DNA from: Eledone cirrhosa
Lineage: Eukaryota
DNA length: 64,000 bases
Direction: 5' to 3'
NCBI GenBank assembly: GCA_964016885.1
Contig: OZ024743.1
Span: forward strand, 127,968,001 to 128,032,000
Of this stretch, positions 39,988 to 55,706 are shown piece by piece (the first letter of the stretch is position 1; every line of letters begins with the position of its first letter). The notes below the pieces were generated by a model. That model was given only the letters and a program-made list of their open reading frames with translations, was not told the DNA's origin and made no database searches. The translations under genes and the position numbers were made by a program.

Positions 39988-40514
39988 TCATTCACCCTAA
40001 GTGATAAAAATGTAAGTTCACTCGGTTTCTGAAGATACTTTGTAATCTTACAGAAACAATTTTTACTTTTAGATAAAAGTTTGTGTATCATAAAAGCGAG
40101 AAAATATGTCGATGTTTCTACATACTGTGTTTCTTCAGTACATCACAACCATTAAGGTTCCTGTATTTACAACAACTTTTTGTTAGTTTCTAACATACAT
40201 AATTACCTGCTTCTCAGACAAATACTATTTTTTAGCATTGTTTCGGTGTTATTTTTATTGTTAGTTTGTATTGTTCTTGATGTTTTAGGTTGGGGTGCGG
40301 GGCTGTATAGAAAATAACTGAGAAGAATCTAGATTGTTGATTTAGTTTTCTTCTTGTTGTTAACGTGGGAAATTGCAAAAAAAGCGTGACGTACTATGCA
40401 TACTGCAAATGTAACTGGGGATTTGTGGCTGTGGTGATGGTGTGGGGGAGTGGAAAGGCATGAGAGAGGTAGTACCTATGAAGTAACCGTGAACTTATAC
40501 AAAATAATTACAAT

Positions 40515-41172
40515 AATTTTTTTCTAACATTGGCACATATCCAGCAACTTTGAAAGAAGGAGGATCGTTGATTATATCGACCCAAGTACCTAACTGGGAC
40601 TTAATGTTATCGACCCTGGATAGATGAACGGTAAAGTTCGCCTCGGCGGAATAAGACACCCAGAACTTAGTGACTAAATGCCGTAAAGCATTTTGTCCGA
40701 CTCTCTAACGATTATGACAATCCACCACTCTAAACAGTCATTTCTAATTTAGGTACAAGGTCAGCAAATTTCAGGAGGAAATGAACCTGATTAAATGGAC
40801 CCTAGAATTTGACGGGTACATTATTTTATCGATGCTGGAAGGATGAAAAGCAAAGCTGATATCAGCGAGATCTAAACTCAGAATGTAAAGAACCGGGACA
40901 CATATGGCTCCGCATTTGTCCGACGCTCTAACAACTATGCCAATCCACAGCTCTCAATAATAATAAGAATAAGAATTTCTGATTTAGGCACAATGCCAAC
41001 AATTTGAGGGAAGGAGAAAGTCGATTAAATCGACTCCAGTGCATTACCGGTACTTTATTTTATCGACCCCTCCCCCGTAAGGATGAAAGGCAAAGCTAAC
41101 CTTTTTGGGATTTGAACTCACAACATAAAGGGACGTAATCTATGCCACAAAGCATGGTGTCCGACGCTTGCG
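40515..41172 (-). mobile_element. Cluster of three diverged tRNA-derived SINEs
   Basis: Three successive ttatcga...gatgaa.g.caaag...aactca units. Confidence 0.75.
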
Positions 41173-41174
41173 AC

Positions 41175-43958
41175 CATTTTATCGTGGCTACAAAGCCTGA
41201 CATTGTAGGCCCATTCACGCTGGCCATCCTCGCTACATTCACCTAGCTTTTAACAAATGTATTAGGGGGTAGCCGTTCTCTCTTCACCTTCACTTTCCTT
41301 TCCAAGTTTATGAGGACGTGGCCGAAAAGGAAAGTGTCTGTCTTCAGTCCTTTCAGTCACGCCCACCACTCTTTCGCTACAGCCACCAGAGAGAATAAAA
41401 CTGCCTGCCCTTTTCGACCAAAAGAAGGCGGCGGAGCGATCTTTAGGGTGAACTCGGTCGATAACCAGATCCATCGTACACGCGACAATAGATGTTCAAC
41501 AAAACCCTACAAATCATTAACGCACGAATTCTGAACGAATGCATGCAGAACGGTTGTCGCTCTGCGGGCAACTCGGGTAGGTCCGTCTAACAATACTTCT
41601 GATCATGGTGAGTTTGTTTCGAACCAGTAGTGCGCCCACGGTAGCACTGTGAAGCCAGGTTGTCCACAGTCCTCGGTTCGAAAGTTCTCCGGAACAGACT
41701 GGTCAGTTCGATCTCGTCGAAACTCAGAGACTTTCCGAGATCATCATCGCACTTGCCCACCACTAGTCTTCTATAGAACGCTAGAGTAGAATTGCCACTG
41801 ACGGCATTGCCCGATTGGTAGAGGGCTGTGAGCGCCTGAGAATATTCTAGATGCCAGGCGAGCTGCGAAAAGACTTGTTTCACAAACTATGACTACACCT
41901 ATTCACTGTTTAGGAATATCTGGAGATTCCGTAGCCTCAGTGTATGTTTGCGAATCATCACGGTATGTCTAGCCTTCCGCGTAGAGAGTGGTAGCAGCAA
42001 GTTGAAGAGCAAGTTCTCCAATTTGGCGAGACGTGAACGGGAGCGAGGCACGAGGGTCAAACGGATGCGATCTACGCGTTCGCCACCTCCACCTGGCCTT
42101 TCAAGGATAGCTTCTTCTGGGCCTATTTCTGGTTGAGTGTGGCCACCTTGTTCATTATCTTGTCCCAGTTCTTATCCACCTGGAGATCTGGCCTAAACTG
42201 AACCCCGAGCAACTTCACTGGTCCATCTTTCCAGTATCCGACAACGTTGTTGAACTGCGTGGATTTTCCCCTCCATGTGCTGAGCTGAAAACCCACCGAC
42301 TTCTCAGTTTAGTTTTGCTCCCATCAACCTTTCATATTCTTCCGAGAATGTGCCGACCATCTCGATTCCCGAGGTGTTCCGTACTATCACATTGACGCCG
42401 CCCGCATATGACGACGCAGCCCTTTGGCGCCCCGATTTGAGTGGGATGCCCTGCAACAGTTGCAGCTTCTGATGTACTGGCTTGAGAGTCAGTATGTAAG
42501 ATGGGAAGAAAGAAGGCATCCTTGACGGACCGAGCGTCTGATGTGGAACGGTTCCAATAGGTGGCCCTTGACTTTGACCACCGAGCAGATGCTGAAGACG
42601 GGACCGATGCTGGCTACGTGAAGACAGCATCCAGGTATTGGTGGTCGACCCTATCGAAAGATTTCAGTTAATCCAAATTGATCAGAGCCTCACCGAAGCC
42701 AGATTTACTCCTTACCCTCTCCATGATGTATCGCATGAGGTGCAGGTTGTCGTATATAGACCTTGTCGGGATTGTGTATGTCTGTGCTACCCCTACCAAA
42801 CCCCTAACGACAAACGTCAGCCTTGTTAGCTAGCACCTTGGCCAAAATCTTAAACTCTGTGTTTAACAGAGTTATGGGCCTGAAGTTATCTAAAATGTCT
42901 CTCTTGTTCCCGTCTTTCCCCCATCAACATTACTAAGCCCTGACTCACAGAACTGGGAATCCTCCGGTTCTGTTTTGAAGAGATCGGAGAACAAGACTGG
43001 CATGTCTAGTTGAAGCTCATGGGGAAGACCATCCAAACCGGGTGATTTGTGCCTCGCACAGTCGGCCAGGGTTTCTCTTATTTCAACTACTGTTATCGGC
43101 TTTTCACAGCACTCCGTATCCGTCACCGTGAGTCGCGGCAGGCCGTTGAGATTGGAACTGAAATCCGCCACCGTTTCCGACCTCCCGCTCTCCTGAAACA
43201 GTCGTGCAAAGTGCTAGCAAAAAGCCGCACACATCTGCTTGGAATCGACCATCACATGTTCATCTCTGTCCGTCAAAGACCGAATTGTGGTTTTGTTACC
43301 ACGTTGTGCCTCTGCCCCTCGGTTCATCGAACAGTTTTTGTTCCCTCGTGTTTTGCATTGAAGAAATGCTGCGATGCCACTCTTAATCGCCTTTCTATTT
43401 TTTTAATCGCTACTTCTTTACTAAATGCTATCAATTATATTGTAATCGCTCTCGTGAGAGCACCGCAATACGTGTTATTGATGGCTGCCCCTGTCAACTT
43501 TCGCTTAACTAAAGTGCTAATCCGGTCTCTGTAGGCTTTACGCTGCGAGAACGGCATATTAAGCTTCCAGTAACCGGATCTCTATCTACGAGTTCTTTTT
43601 AGGTCAACCATGCAGATCACGAATTTGTGGTCTGAACAAGCGACTGTTTGGAATTGTAGACGCTCTATGCTATCCCTGTCAGCTAACCTAATGAAAAACT
43701 TCTCTATATACGATCTAGATGACCCTATCCGATTGGTTCTGGTCCACACTGGAGCATTTGGGAAATTTAGTCGATACCTGTCAGACAGTTGGAACTGCCT
43801 GATCAGGTTCTTGAGGTTTTTTGTACCCACCACTACTGTCGGCTACTTCCATACAATCCTAACGTGCGTCTGAGATGCTATATCAGTCCTCTTCTAACAG
43901 AAAAGGCCGAGACGTTCCTAGAAAGACTTCCAGACGCCTGAAGGAATCCGGCCGTCCG
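41175..43958 (-). pseudogene. Decayed L1/Tx1-type ORF2 homologous to 20994-24100
   Basis: CSDHKFV, KSPGLDG, LDNFRPITLLN-equivalent DNA at 42840-42900 nearly matching 22830-22920; many frameshifts. Confidence 0.88.
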
Positions 43959-46900
43959 GATAAGACATAAGACAATGTGTGCAGGATGTGTGTGAAATCT
44001 ATCATAAGACATAAGAGAATGTGTGCAGGATGTGTATGATCTATCATAAGACATAAGATAATGTGTGCAGGATATGTGTGAGATCTGACATAAGACGTAA
44101 AACATAATGCATACGGCAATGTATTGATAGTGTATGTGAGATTTATCATAAGATATGAGACAAATCGTTTGATAATGTATGGAAGGTGTGTGTGAGATGT
44201 TTCATAAGACATAAAACATGACATTTGACAATGTATGGAAGGTGTGTGTGAGATGTTTCATAAGACATAAAACATGACATTGGACAATGTATGGAAGGTG
44301 TGTGTAAGATGTTTCATAAGACATAAAACATGACATTTGACAATGTATGGTAGGTGTGTGTGAGATGTTTCATAAGACATAAAACATGACATTTGACAAT
44401 GTATGGAAGGTGTGTGTGAGATGTTTCATAAGACATAAAACATGACATTTGACAATGTATGGAAGGTGTGTGTGAGATGTTTCATAAGACATAAAACATG
44501 ACATTTGACAATGTATGGAAGGTGTATGTGAGATGTTTCATAAGACATAAAACATGACATTTGACAATGTATGGAAGGTGTGTGTGAGATGTTTCATAAG
44601 ACATAAAACATGACATTTGACAATGTATGGAAGGTGTGTGTGAGATGTTTCATAAGACATAAAACATGACATTTGACAATGTATGGAAGGTGTGTGTGAG
44701 ATGTTTCATAAGACATACAACATGACATTTGACAATGTATGGAAGGTGTGTGTAAGATGTTTCATAAGACATAAAACATGACATTGGACAATGTATGGAA
44801 GGTGTGTGTGAGATGTTTCATAAGACATAAAACATGACATTGGACAATGTATGGAAGGTGTGTGTGAGATGTTTCATAAGACATAAAACATGACATTGGA
44901 CAATGTATGGAAGGTGTGTGTGAGATGTTTCATAAGACATAAAACATGACATTGGTCAATGTATGGAAGGTGTGTGTGAGATGTTTCATAAGACATAAAA
45001 CATGACATTTGACAATGTATGGAAGGTGTGTGTGAGATGTTTCATAAGACAAACAACATAACATTTGACAATGTATGGAAGGTGTGTGTGAGATGTTTCA
45101 TAAGACATAAAACATGACATTGGACAATGTATGGAAGATGTGTGTGAGATGTTTCATAAGACATAAAACATGACATTGGACAATGTATGGAAGGTGTGTG
45201 TGAGATGTTTCATAAGACATAAAACATGACATTGGACAATGTATGGAAGGTGTGTGTGAGATGTTTCATAAGACATAAAACAAGACATTGGACAATGTAT
45301 GGAAGTTGTGTGTGAGATGTTTCATAAGACATACAACATGACATTTGACAATGTATGGAAGGTGTGTGTGAGATGTTTCATAAGACATAAAACATGACAT
45401 TGGACAATGTATGGAAGGTGTGTGTGAGATGTTTCATAAGACATAAAACAAGACATTGGACAATGTATGGAAGGTGTGTGTGAGATGTTTCATAAGACAT
45501 AAAACATGACATTGGACAATGTATGGAAGGTGTGTGTGAGATGTTTCATAAGACATAAAACATGACATTGGACAATGTATGGAAGGTGTGTGTGAGATGT
45601 TTCATAAGACATAAAACATGACATTGGACAATGTATGGAAGGTGTTTGTGAGATGTTTCATAAGACATAAAACAAGACATTTGACAATGTATGGAAGGTG
45701 TGTGTGAGATGTTTCATAAGACATAAAACAAGACATTTGACAATGTATGGAAGGTGTGTGTGAGATGTTTCATAAAACATAAAACAAGACATTTGACAAT
45801 GTATGGAAGGTGTGTGTGAGATGTTTCATAAGACATAAAACATGACATTTGACAATGTATGGAAGGTGTGTGTGAGATGTTTCATAAGACATAAAACATG
45901 ACATTTGACAATGTATGGAAGGTGTGTGTGAGATGTTTCATAAGACATAAAACATGACATTTGACAATGTATGGAAGGTGTGTGTGAGATGTTTCATAAG
46001 ACATAAAACATGACATTTGACAATGTATGGAAGGTGTGTGTGAGATGTTTCATAAGACATAAAACATGACATTTGACAATGTATGGAAGGTGTGTGTGAG
46101 ATGTTTCATAAGACATAAAACATGACATTTGACAATGTATGGAAGGTGTGTGTGAGATGTTTCATAAGACATAAAACATGACATTTGACAATGTATGGAA
46201 GGTGTGTGTGAGATGTTTCATAAGACATACAACATGACATTTGACAATGTATGGAAGGTGTGTGTAAGATGTTTCATAAGACATAAAACATGACATTGGA
46301 CAATGTATGGAAGGTGTGTGTGAGATGTTTCATAAGACATACAACATGACATTTGACAATGTATGGAAGGTGTGTGTAAGATGTTTCATAAGACATAAAA
46401 CATGACATTTGACAATGTATGGAAGGTGTGTGTGAGATGTTTCATAAGACATACAACATGACATTTGACAATGTATGGAAGGTGTGTGTGAGATGTTTCA
46501 TAAGACATAAAACATGACATTGGACAATGTATGGAAGGTGTGTGTGAGATGTTTCATAAGACATAAAACATGACATTGGACAATGTATGGAAGGTGTGTG
46601 TGAGATGTTTCATAAGACATAAAACATGACATTGGACAATGTATGGAAGGTGTGTGTGAGATGTTTCATAAGACATAAAACATGACATTTGACAATGTAT
46701 GGAAGGTGTGTGTGAGATGTTTCATAAGACATAAAACATGACATTTGACAATGTATGGAAGGTGTGTGTGAGATGTTTCATAAGACATAAAACATGACAT
46801 TTGACAATGTATGGAAGGTGTGTGTGAGATGTTTCATAAGACATACAACATGACATTTGACAATGTATGGAAGGTGTGTGTAAGATGTTTCATAAGACAT

Positions 46901-49440
46901 AAAACATGACATTGGACAATGTATGGAAGGTGTGTGTGAGATGTTTCATAAGACATACAACATGACATTTGACAATGTATGGAAGGTGTGTGTAAGATGT
47001 TTCATAAGACATAAAACATGACATTTGACAATGTATGGAAGGTGTGTGTGAGATGTTTCATAAGACATACAACATGACATTTGACAATGTATGGAAGGTG
47101 TGTGTGAGATGTTTCATAAGACATAAAACATGACATTGGACAATGTATGGAAGGTGTGTGTGAGATGTTTCATAAGACATAAAACATGACATTGGACAAT
47201 GTATGGAAGGTGTGTGTGAGATGTTTCATAAGACATAAAACATGACATTGGACAATGTATGGAAGGTGTGTGTGAGATGTTTCATAAGACATACAACATG
47301 ACATTTGACAATGTATGGAAGGTGTGTGTAAGATGTTTCATAAGACATAAAACATGACATTTGACAATGTATGGAAGGTGTGTGTGAGATGTTTCATAAG
47401 ACATACAACATGACATTTGACAATGTATGGAAGGTGTGTGTGAGATGTTTCATAAGACATAAAACATGACATTGGACAATGTATGGAAGGTGTGTGTGAG
47501 ATGTTTCATAAGACATAAAACATGACATTGGACAATGTATGGAAGGTGTGTGTGAGATGTTTCATAAGACATAAAACATGACATTGGACAATGTATGGAA
47601 GGTGTGTGTGAGATGTTTCATAAGACATACAACATGACATTTGACAATGTATGGAAGGTGTGTGTAAGATGTTTCATAAGACATAAAACATGACATTTGA
47701 CAATGTATGGAAGGTGTGTGTGAGATGTTTCATAAGACATACAACATGACATTTGACAATGTATGGAAGGTGTGTGTGAGATGTTTCATAAGACATAAAA
47801 CATGACATTGGACAATGTATGGAAGGTGTGTGTGAGATGTTTCATAAGACATAAAACATGACATTGGACAATGTATGGAAGGTGTGTGTGAGATGTTTCA
47901 TAAGACATAAAACATGACATTGGACAATGTATGGAAGGTGTGTGTGAGATGTTTCATAAGACATAAAACATGACATTTGACAATGTATGGAAGGTGTGTG
48001 TGAGATGTTTCATAAGACATACAACATAACATTTGACAATGTATGGAAGGTGTGTGTGAGATGTTTCATAAGACATAAAACATGACATTGGACAATGTAT
48101 GGAAGGTGTGTGTGAGATGTTTCATAAGACATAAAACATGACATTGGACAATGTATGGAAGGTGTGTGTGAGATGTTTCATAAGACATAAAACATGACAT
48201 TGGACAATGTATGGAAGGTGTGTGTGAGATGTTTCATAAGACATAAAACAAGACATTGGACAATGTATGGAAGTTGTGTGTGAGATGTTTCATAAGACAT
48301 ACAACATGACATTTGACAATGTATGGAAGGTGTGTGTGAGATGTTTCATAAGACATAAAACATGACATTGGACAATGTATGGAAGGTGTGTGTGAGATGT
48401 TTCATAAGACATAAAACAAGACATTGGACAATATATGGAAGGTGTGTGTGAGATGTTTCATAAGACATAAAACATGACATTGGACAATGTATGGAAGGTG
48501 TGTGTGAGATGTTTCATAAGACATAAAACATGACATTGGACAATGTATGGAAGGTGTGTGTGAGATGTTTCATAAGACATAAAACATGACATTGGACAAT
48601 GTATGGAAGGTGTTTGTGAGATGTTTCATAAGACATAAAACAAGACATTTGACAATGTATGGAAGGTGTGTGTGAGATGTTTCATAAAACATAAAACAAG
48701 ACATTTGACAATGTATGGAAGGTGTGTGTGAGATGTTTCATAAGACATAAAACATGACATTTGACAATGTATGGAAGGTGTGTGTGAGATGTTTCATAAG
48801 ACATAAAACATGACATTTGACAATGTATGGAAGGTGTGTGTGAGATGTTTCATAAAACATAAAACATGACATTTGACAATGTATGGAAGGTGTGTGTGAG
48901 ATGTTTCATAAAACATAAAACAAGACATTTGACAATGTATGGAAGGTGTGTGTGAGATGTTTCATAAGACATAAAACAAGACATTTGACAATGTATGGAA
49001 GGTGTGTGTGTGATCTATCATAAGACATAAGACATGACATTGGACAATGTATGGAAGGTGTGTGTGAGATGTTTCATAAGACATAAAACATGACATTGGA
49101 CAATGTATGGAAGGTGTGTGTGAGATGTTTCATAAGACATAAAACAAGACATTGGACAATGTATGGAAGGTGTGTGTGATCTATCATAAGACATAAAACA
49201 AGACATTGGACAATGTATGGAAGGTGTGTGTGAGATGTTTCATAAGACATAAAACAAGACATTGGAAAATGTATGGAAGGTGTGTGTGAGATGTTTCATA
49301 AGACATAAAACAAGACATTGGACAATGTATGGAAGGTGTGTGTGATCTATCATAAGACATAAAACAAGACATTGGACAATGTATGGAAGGTGTGTGTGTG
49401 ATCTATCATAAGACATAAGACATTGTGTGTGGAGGATGTA
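43959..49440. repeat. 56-bp satellite/minisatellite array (~93-95 units) with degenerate ~42-44-bp edge units
   Basis: Unit gacaatgtatggaaggtgtgtgtgagatgtttcataagacataaaacatgacatt(t/g); period 56 (e.g. 44227, 44283). Confidence 0.97.
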
Positions 49441-49647
49441 TTTTACATATTTTGTTACTGACGTTGGTTTTAACAGCACAGCTGAGAGGAAGGCAACTGA
49501 CTAACATATTTTAGTACTTGAAGTTGCTGCATAATGCAATGCATACATTGCTTTCTTTCTCTCTCACTCCTCCTCCTCCTTCTCTTTCTCTTTCCCCTCT
49601 TCTCTCTCCCCCTCTATATCTATAGCTATATATATATATGTGTGTGC

Positions 49648-49703
<56 letters not shown>

Positions 49704-49813
49704 GCACACACATATATATATAGAGATATAGATATATATATATGAGAGAGAGAGAGAGAATGAGAGAGAGATGGGGAGAGAGGGGAGGGAAAGAGATAGA
49801 AATATATATATAT

Positions 49814-49880
<67 letters not shown>

Positions 49881-50566
49881 CCTCTCACTCTCTCTACCAA
49901 AGACTACATTGCAATGACAGGTATTCGGGTGTTCTTGTATTTTTGATTTTTTGGTCTATGAAATATCTGTATTATTTATAAGTTACATTTCCTACACAAT
50001 GGGATGAAGATCGGTGCAGTGAAGACAGAGGTCATATTAGCAGGGTGTATTCCTCGTGAGTCACATTTTTGCAATCCCAGCAGGAATCGGTAGAGATTAA
50101 ATCGAGAGGACGGCTAAAGGCCGGACAAGTGATTATTTTAACTGACAGGTGACCCATGCTTGGGTAGTTCTAAATCTAACTTTGATAAGTAATTTGACAT
50201 TTTGTGTCAAGTACTACATGCGCTTACATGGCAAATGATGGTTAAAATGTTATAAATAGTCTTTACAAATGCTTCTGCAACACAGAGAATATCAAACACT
50301 GGGTCATGACACCTGCCTCAAAGATTTGTGCAGTTCTAACTTTCCTTTAGAATAAACTCTAGACTGGACGGCATCAGAATCTTTCCGTTCCAAGGCGGTA
50401 ATATCCTTATCTAGGATAGGATCTTTAGCGATACTTCCTGCAGCAGCAACATGGTGAAAACAGTGTCAGGCCCAGGCTTCGTATCCTGACAAGCTGAAGA
50501 TCATAAGCTGATAAAGTATCGGCCGCTCTCCAATAATTTCTTGTTGCACCTATAACGGTCGAAACA

Positions 50567-50630
<64 letters not shown>

Positions 50631-50661
50631 TATTTATATATCTATACACGAACAAACACAA

Positions 50662-50717
<56 letters not shown>

Positions 50718-51544
50718 CTAGTGTCACGAAAAACACACCTAGTACACTCTGTAAAGTTGTTCGTAGAAACCATGGAACGTAACGTAACTTAACGAGCAAG
50801 ATTGATCGCTCCCGACATGTCTGGTCTCGGACCGTGAAAACCCGTCCAACCCATACCAACATAGAAAGCGGATGTAAAATGATGATAATGATGATGAGGA
50901 GGAGGAGGAGGAGGAGGAGGATAGGAGGAGAAGGAAGGGGGTAAGTTGAGAATGTATCGGAGGATGAGGAGAAGGAGGGGGGAGGAGGAGGAGGAGGAGG
51001 AGGAATTTACTGCCTTTGTTCTTCACTTTTTTTTTTCCTACAGAAAAAAAGAACGGTGTATTTGGAGCGTTATTAAATCTGTTTGTTTTAGCATTACTAC
51101 AGTCATACAATAGCTCTATAGTAGTTTGAATAATCAAAATGACATGTTTATTTTGTAAAGAAGTATTTGCCGAAAATATACACACCAATACTCATGTTTA
51201 TAATTTTTTTTTTTTTTTTTTTTTCACATTTTCTTTGAGTGAGAAAAGCAGTTATTTCTGTCTCAGCCACATTTTAACCGTCACTAGAATACTAACAGTT
51301 ATTACAGTTATATAAGCTAATATTACTTTCCTAGTATTCCTGTCTAGAATATACTCACATTGTCCTGAAGAATCTCTAGATTATGAAAAGATGGTTAGTT
51401 TAATTATTTTAAAAACTGTTTTAAAAAATGATATATTATTGCCTTCAGATTTTATTTTTTCGCTACAATAAATGAATAAATGATCGATGGTGATTTCTTG
51501 AATTGAAGCAGGCACACGTACGGTCATTGTCTGCGATGTTTTCC

Positions 51545-51685
<141 letters not shown>

Positions 51686-51737
51686 CATATATACACACAC
51701 ACATACAGACATATATATTTATGTATTTATATGTATG

Positions 51738-51832
<95 letters not shown>

Positions 51833-51842
51833 CTTTGTATGA

Positions 51843-52165
51843 ACAGGAAAAGTAAACGGAAACAACAAAGCAAACAATGCAGTACAATGTAGGAATATAT
51901 TAGTTTAAACGCGCTGACTAACTACGCACATGTTTTTCTCCTAGGAAATATTTTTTCCATTTATCTATTTTATTTATTTATTTATTTATTTTTGTTACTC
52001 TTGTCTATTTTTTCTATTTCTTTTATCTTTCATTTTCTTTTTCGACGAAGGACTAACGCCTGAAACATTAAGGCGCTTTCCCTACTATATCAAGTGTTAA
52101 ACTATCATATAATATTTTATTGTATTGTTCTCCCGTGTTGCGTTTCCTTGTTGACTTTTCGTGTG
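51843..52165. mobile_element. Old fold-back-type element with decayed hammerhead (family also at 8250-8490, 31655-31890, 39820-39940)
   Basis: 51845-51910 is inverted relative to 52092-52160; t-cgacga aggac taac gcct GAAA catta core remnant. Confidence 0.55.
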
Positions 52166-52968
<803 letters not shown>

Positions 52969-53061
52969 AGGATTAAAATACTGGAGCGTGTTGGAGTTAA
53001 ACACCCTCTTCGTATTTTTTTCGGCTTGTATTGGCCGATAGTGCTTCTTGTGGTTTTGATT

Positions 53062-53099
53062 GCCCTGATGAGTCCTAAATAGGACGAAACATTGTTGGC
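53062..53099 (+). ncRNA. Canonical minimal type I hammerhead ribozyme in a ~180-bp TA-embedded insert (52969-53148)
   Basis: gcc CTGATGA gtcc taaata ggac GAAA c-att-g T T ggc. Confidence 0.9.
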
Positions 53100-53144
53100 T
53101 AATAAAGACTTTTGATGTATTGAAGGCTTCTTTGCTTTATTTTC

Positions 53145-53184
<40 letters not shown>

Positions 53185-53364
53185 AAGTTATATTTAAAAT
53201 TGTTGGGTTACAACTAGTAAATATTTATAACTGATATAAAAGCACTCGACAAATATTTGGAGTATATTTGCAATATTAAATAAATGGAAAACTATATTTA
53301 TAAAACCATATATATATTTAATGCGCATAATAAAATACATGGACTCTTTTAACCATCTTTTGAT

Positions 53365-53445
<81 letters not shown>

Positions 53446-53534
53446 GAAAAGTATGTGTATATATAAATATATATACACATACATACAAATACATAAATAT
53501 ATATGTCTGTATGTGTGTGTGTGTATATATATAT

Positions 53535-53603
<69 letters not shown>

Positions 53604-53612
53604 ATTTATTTA

Positions 53613-53670
<58 letters not shown>

Positions 53671-53677
<7 letters not shown>

Positions 53678-54615
53678 TAAAATAACAGATTAAAGTTTAA
53701 GCAAAGAATCGTGTAATTGTTATCAACGGTCCACACAATGACGTATTATCTTCGCTTTTTCCGTTCATTGCCAGAGAACGTCTCCACGAACCACCTAAAA
53801 AGAATATTAGTCTATGACTTCATTTATACTATAAATATATATGTCTGTATACAATTTATGTGCGTATATTTACATACGTTTATATAATTATATGTATACA
53901 CGTACACACACATATATATATATATTTTTTTTTAATATATATTTTTTTATGTGTATTTGGTGTATACGTTCGTATGTGTGCGGGTACAGGCGTTGCGTGA
54001 GTTCTGTTTGCGCGTGCATGGTGTTTTGTGTACGTGCTTCTATTTGCATACCCATGGCGGGTGTTTTCGCGTATGCATGTGTATGTACGTATATGGATGC
54101 GTGCATGTATGTTTTCAATTTTTGTTGATTTCAATTACCACTGTAATTTATTTACATTATTCTTAACTCTGAAGCCGAGAATCATTCGGTTTCCTAAATA
54201 GAATTTTAGTCTACGACTTCAGTTATACCATAAACGTGGTTTTGTCTTTGCGTGTAATTGTTCTCATCGATCCACACAATGACGTATTATCTTCGCTTTT
54301 TCAGTTCATTGCCAGAGAACGTCTCCACGAACCACCTAATAGAATATTAGTCTACGACTTCATTTATACTATAAACGTGGTTTTGTCTTTGCGTGTAATT
54401 GTTTTAATCGCTCCTAATCATGACGTATTATCTTCGTTTTTTTTCATTCTTTGCCAGGGAACGTTTCCCCGAACCAAAGTATCGTCTTCGGTTGCAACGT
54501 TTTCGAAATATTTACTTCTGCGTTCACAGATTGATTTTTTTAGCTTCAGAAGATCCCGTTAAGGGTGAAAGCAGCGATTCTTTGTTTAAACTTTAATCTG
54601 TTATTTTAATAAATA
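53671..54615. mobile_element. TA-flanked element with 41-bp terminal inverted repeat and internal ~140-bp tandem units
   Basis: 53671-53711 is the reverse complement of 54575-54615; unit gtgtaattgtt...gacttcatttatactataaa at ~53711, ~54252 and partly ~54392; 3' part also at 5280-5400 (minus) and 60104-60217. Confidence 0.75.
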
Positions 54616-54699
54616 TTTGCTCTACGGTTCTTATATATTTGATATATATTTATCCTTGTCGAGCCCGCTTTGGATTTTAGTCTTCAAATTTATTATTAT

Positions 54700-55279
<580 letters not shown>

Positions 55280-55651
55280 AAAACATCGCAGACAATGGCC
55301 GTACGGGGCCTGCTTCAACTCAAGAAATCACTCCTTTTGAAAAGCCGTAGGGATATCTGACACAGACACAAATTTATAGCGAAACAAACTCTATCTGTAG
55401 TTTGTCCATGAGTTTAATAGTTATTGAAACGTTTTGTACATTTTAATTCAGCTTTTCCGGTTATTATGTATTTTCCGTTTGTTCATAGATTATATGCATT
55501 GCATCAAAGTGGTTTTTCAACCCATGTAATTCTAAACACACTTCTGTGTGTGTTTATTTCTATATATTATATTGTAAAGAGCCTAGGTTTCAAACTTTGA
55601 GCTCATAAATTATAGGGTATTAACGCGAGTTTTATATATATAATATATATA

Positions 55652-55706
<55 letters not shown>

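Noticed and set aside
43959-49440. CRISPR-like array
   Set aside because: Head-to-tail near-identical 56-bp units with no unique spacers, no cas genes, eukaryotic context
49900-50560. Possible host exon(s) in unique-looking sequence (also 6830-7060 and 11960-12250)
   Set aside because: No recognisable protein motif or convincing splice-bounded open frame; needs RNA-seq or homology search
51362-51400. ctgaaga-atctctagat-tat-gaaa hammerhead-like string
   Set aside because: Extra bases before GAAA, no UH site or stem I partner; likely chance
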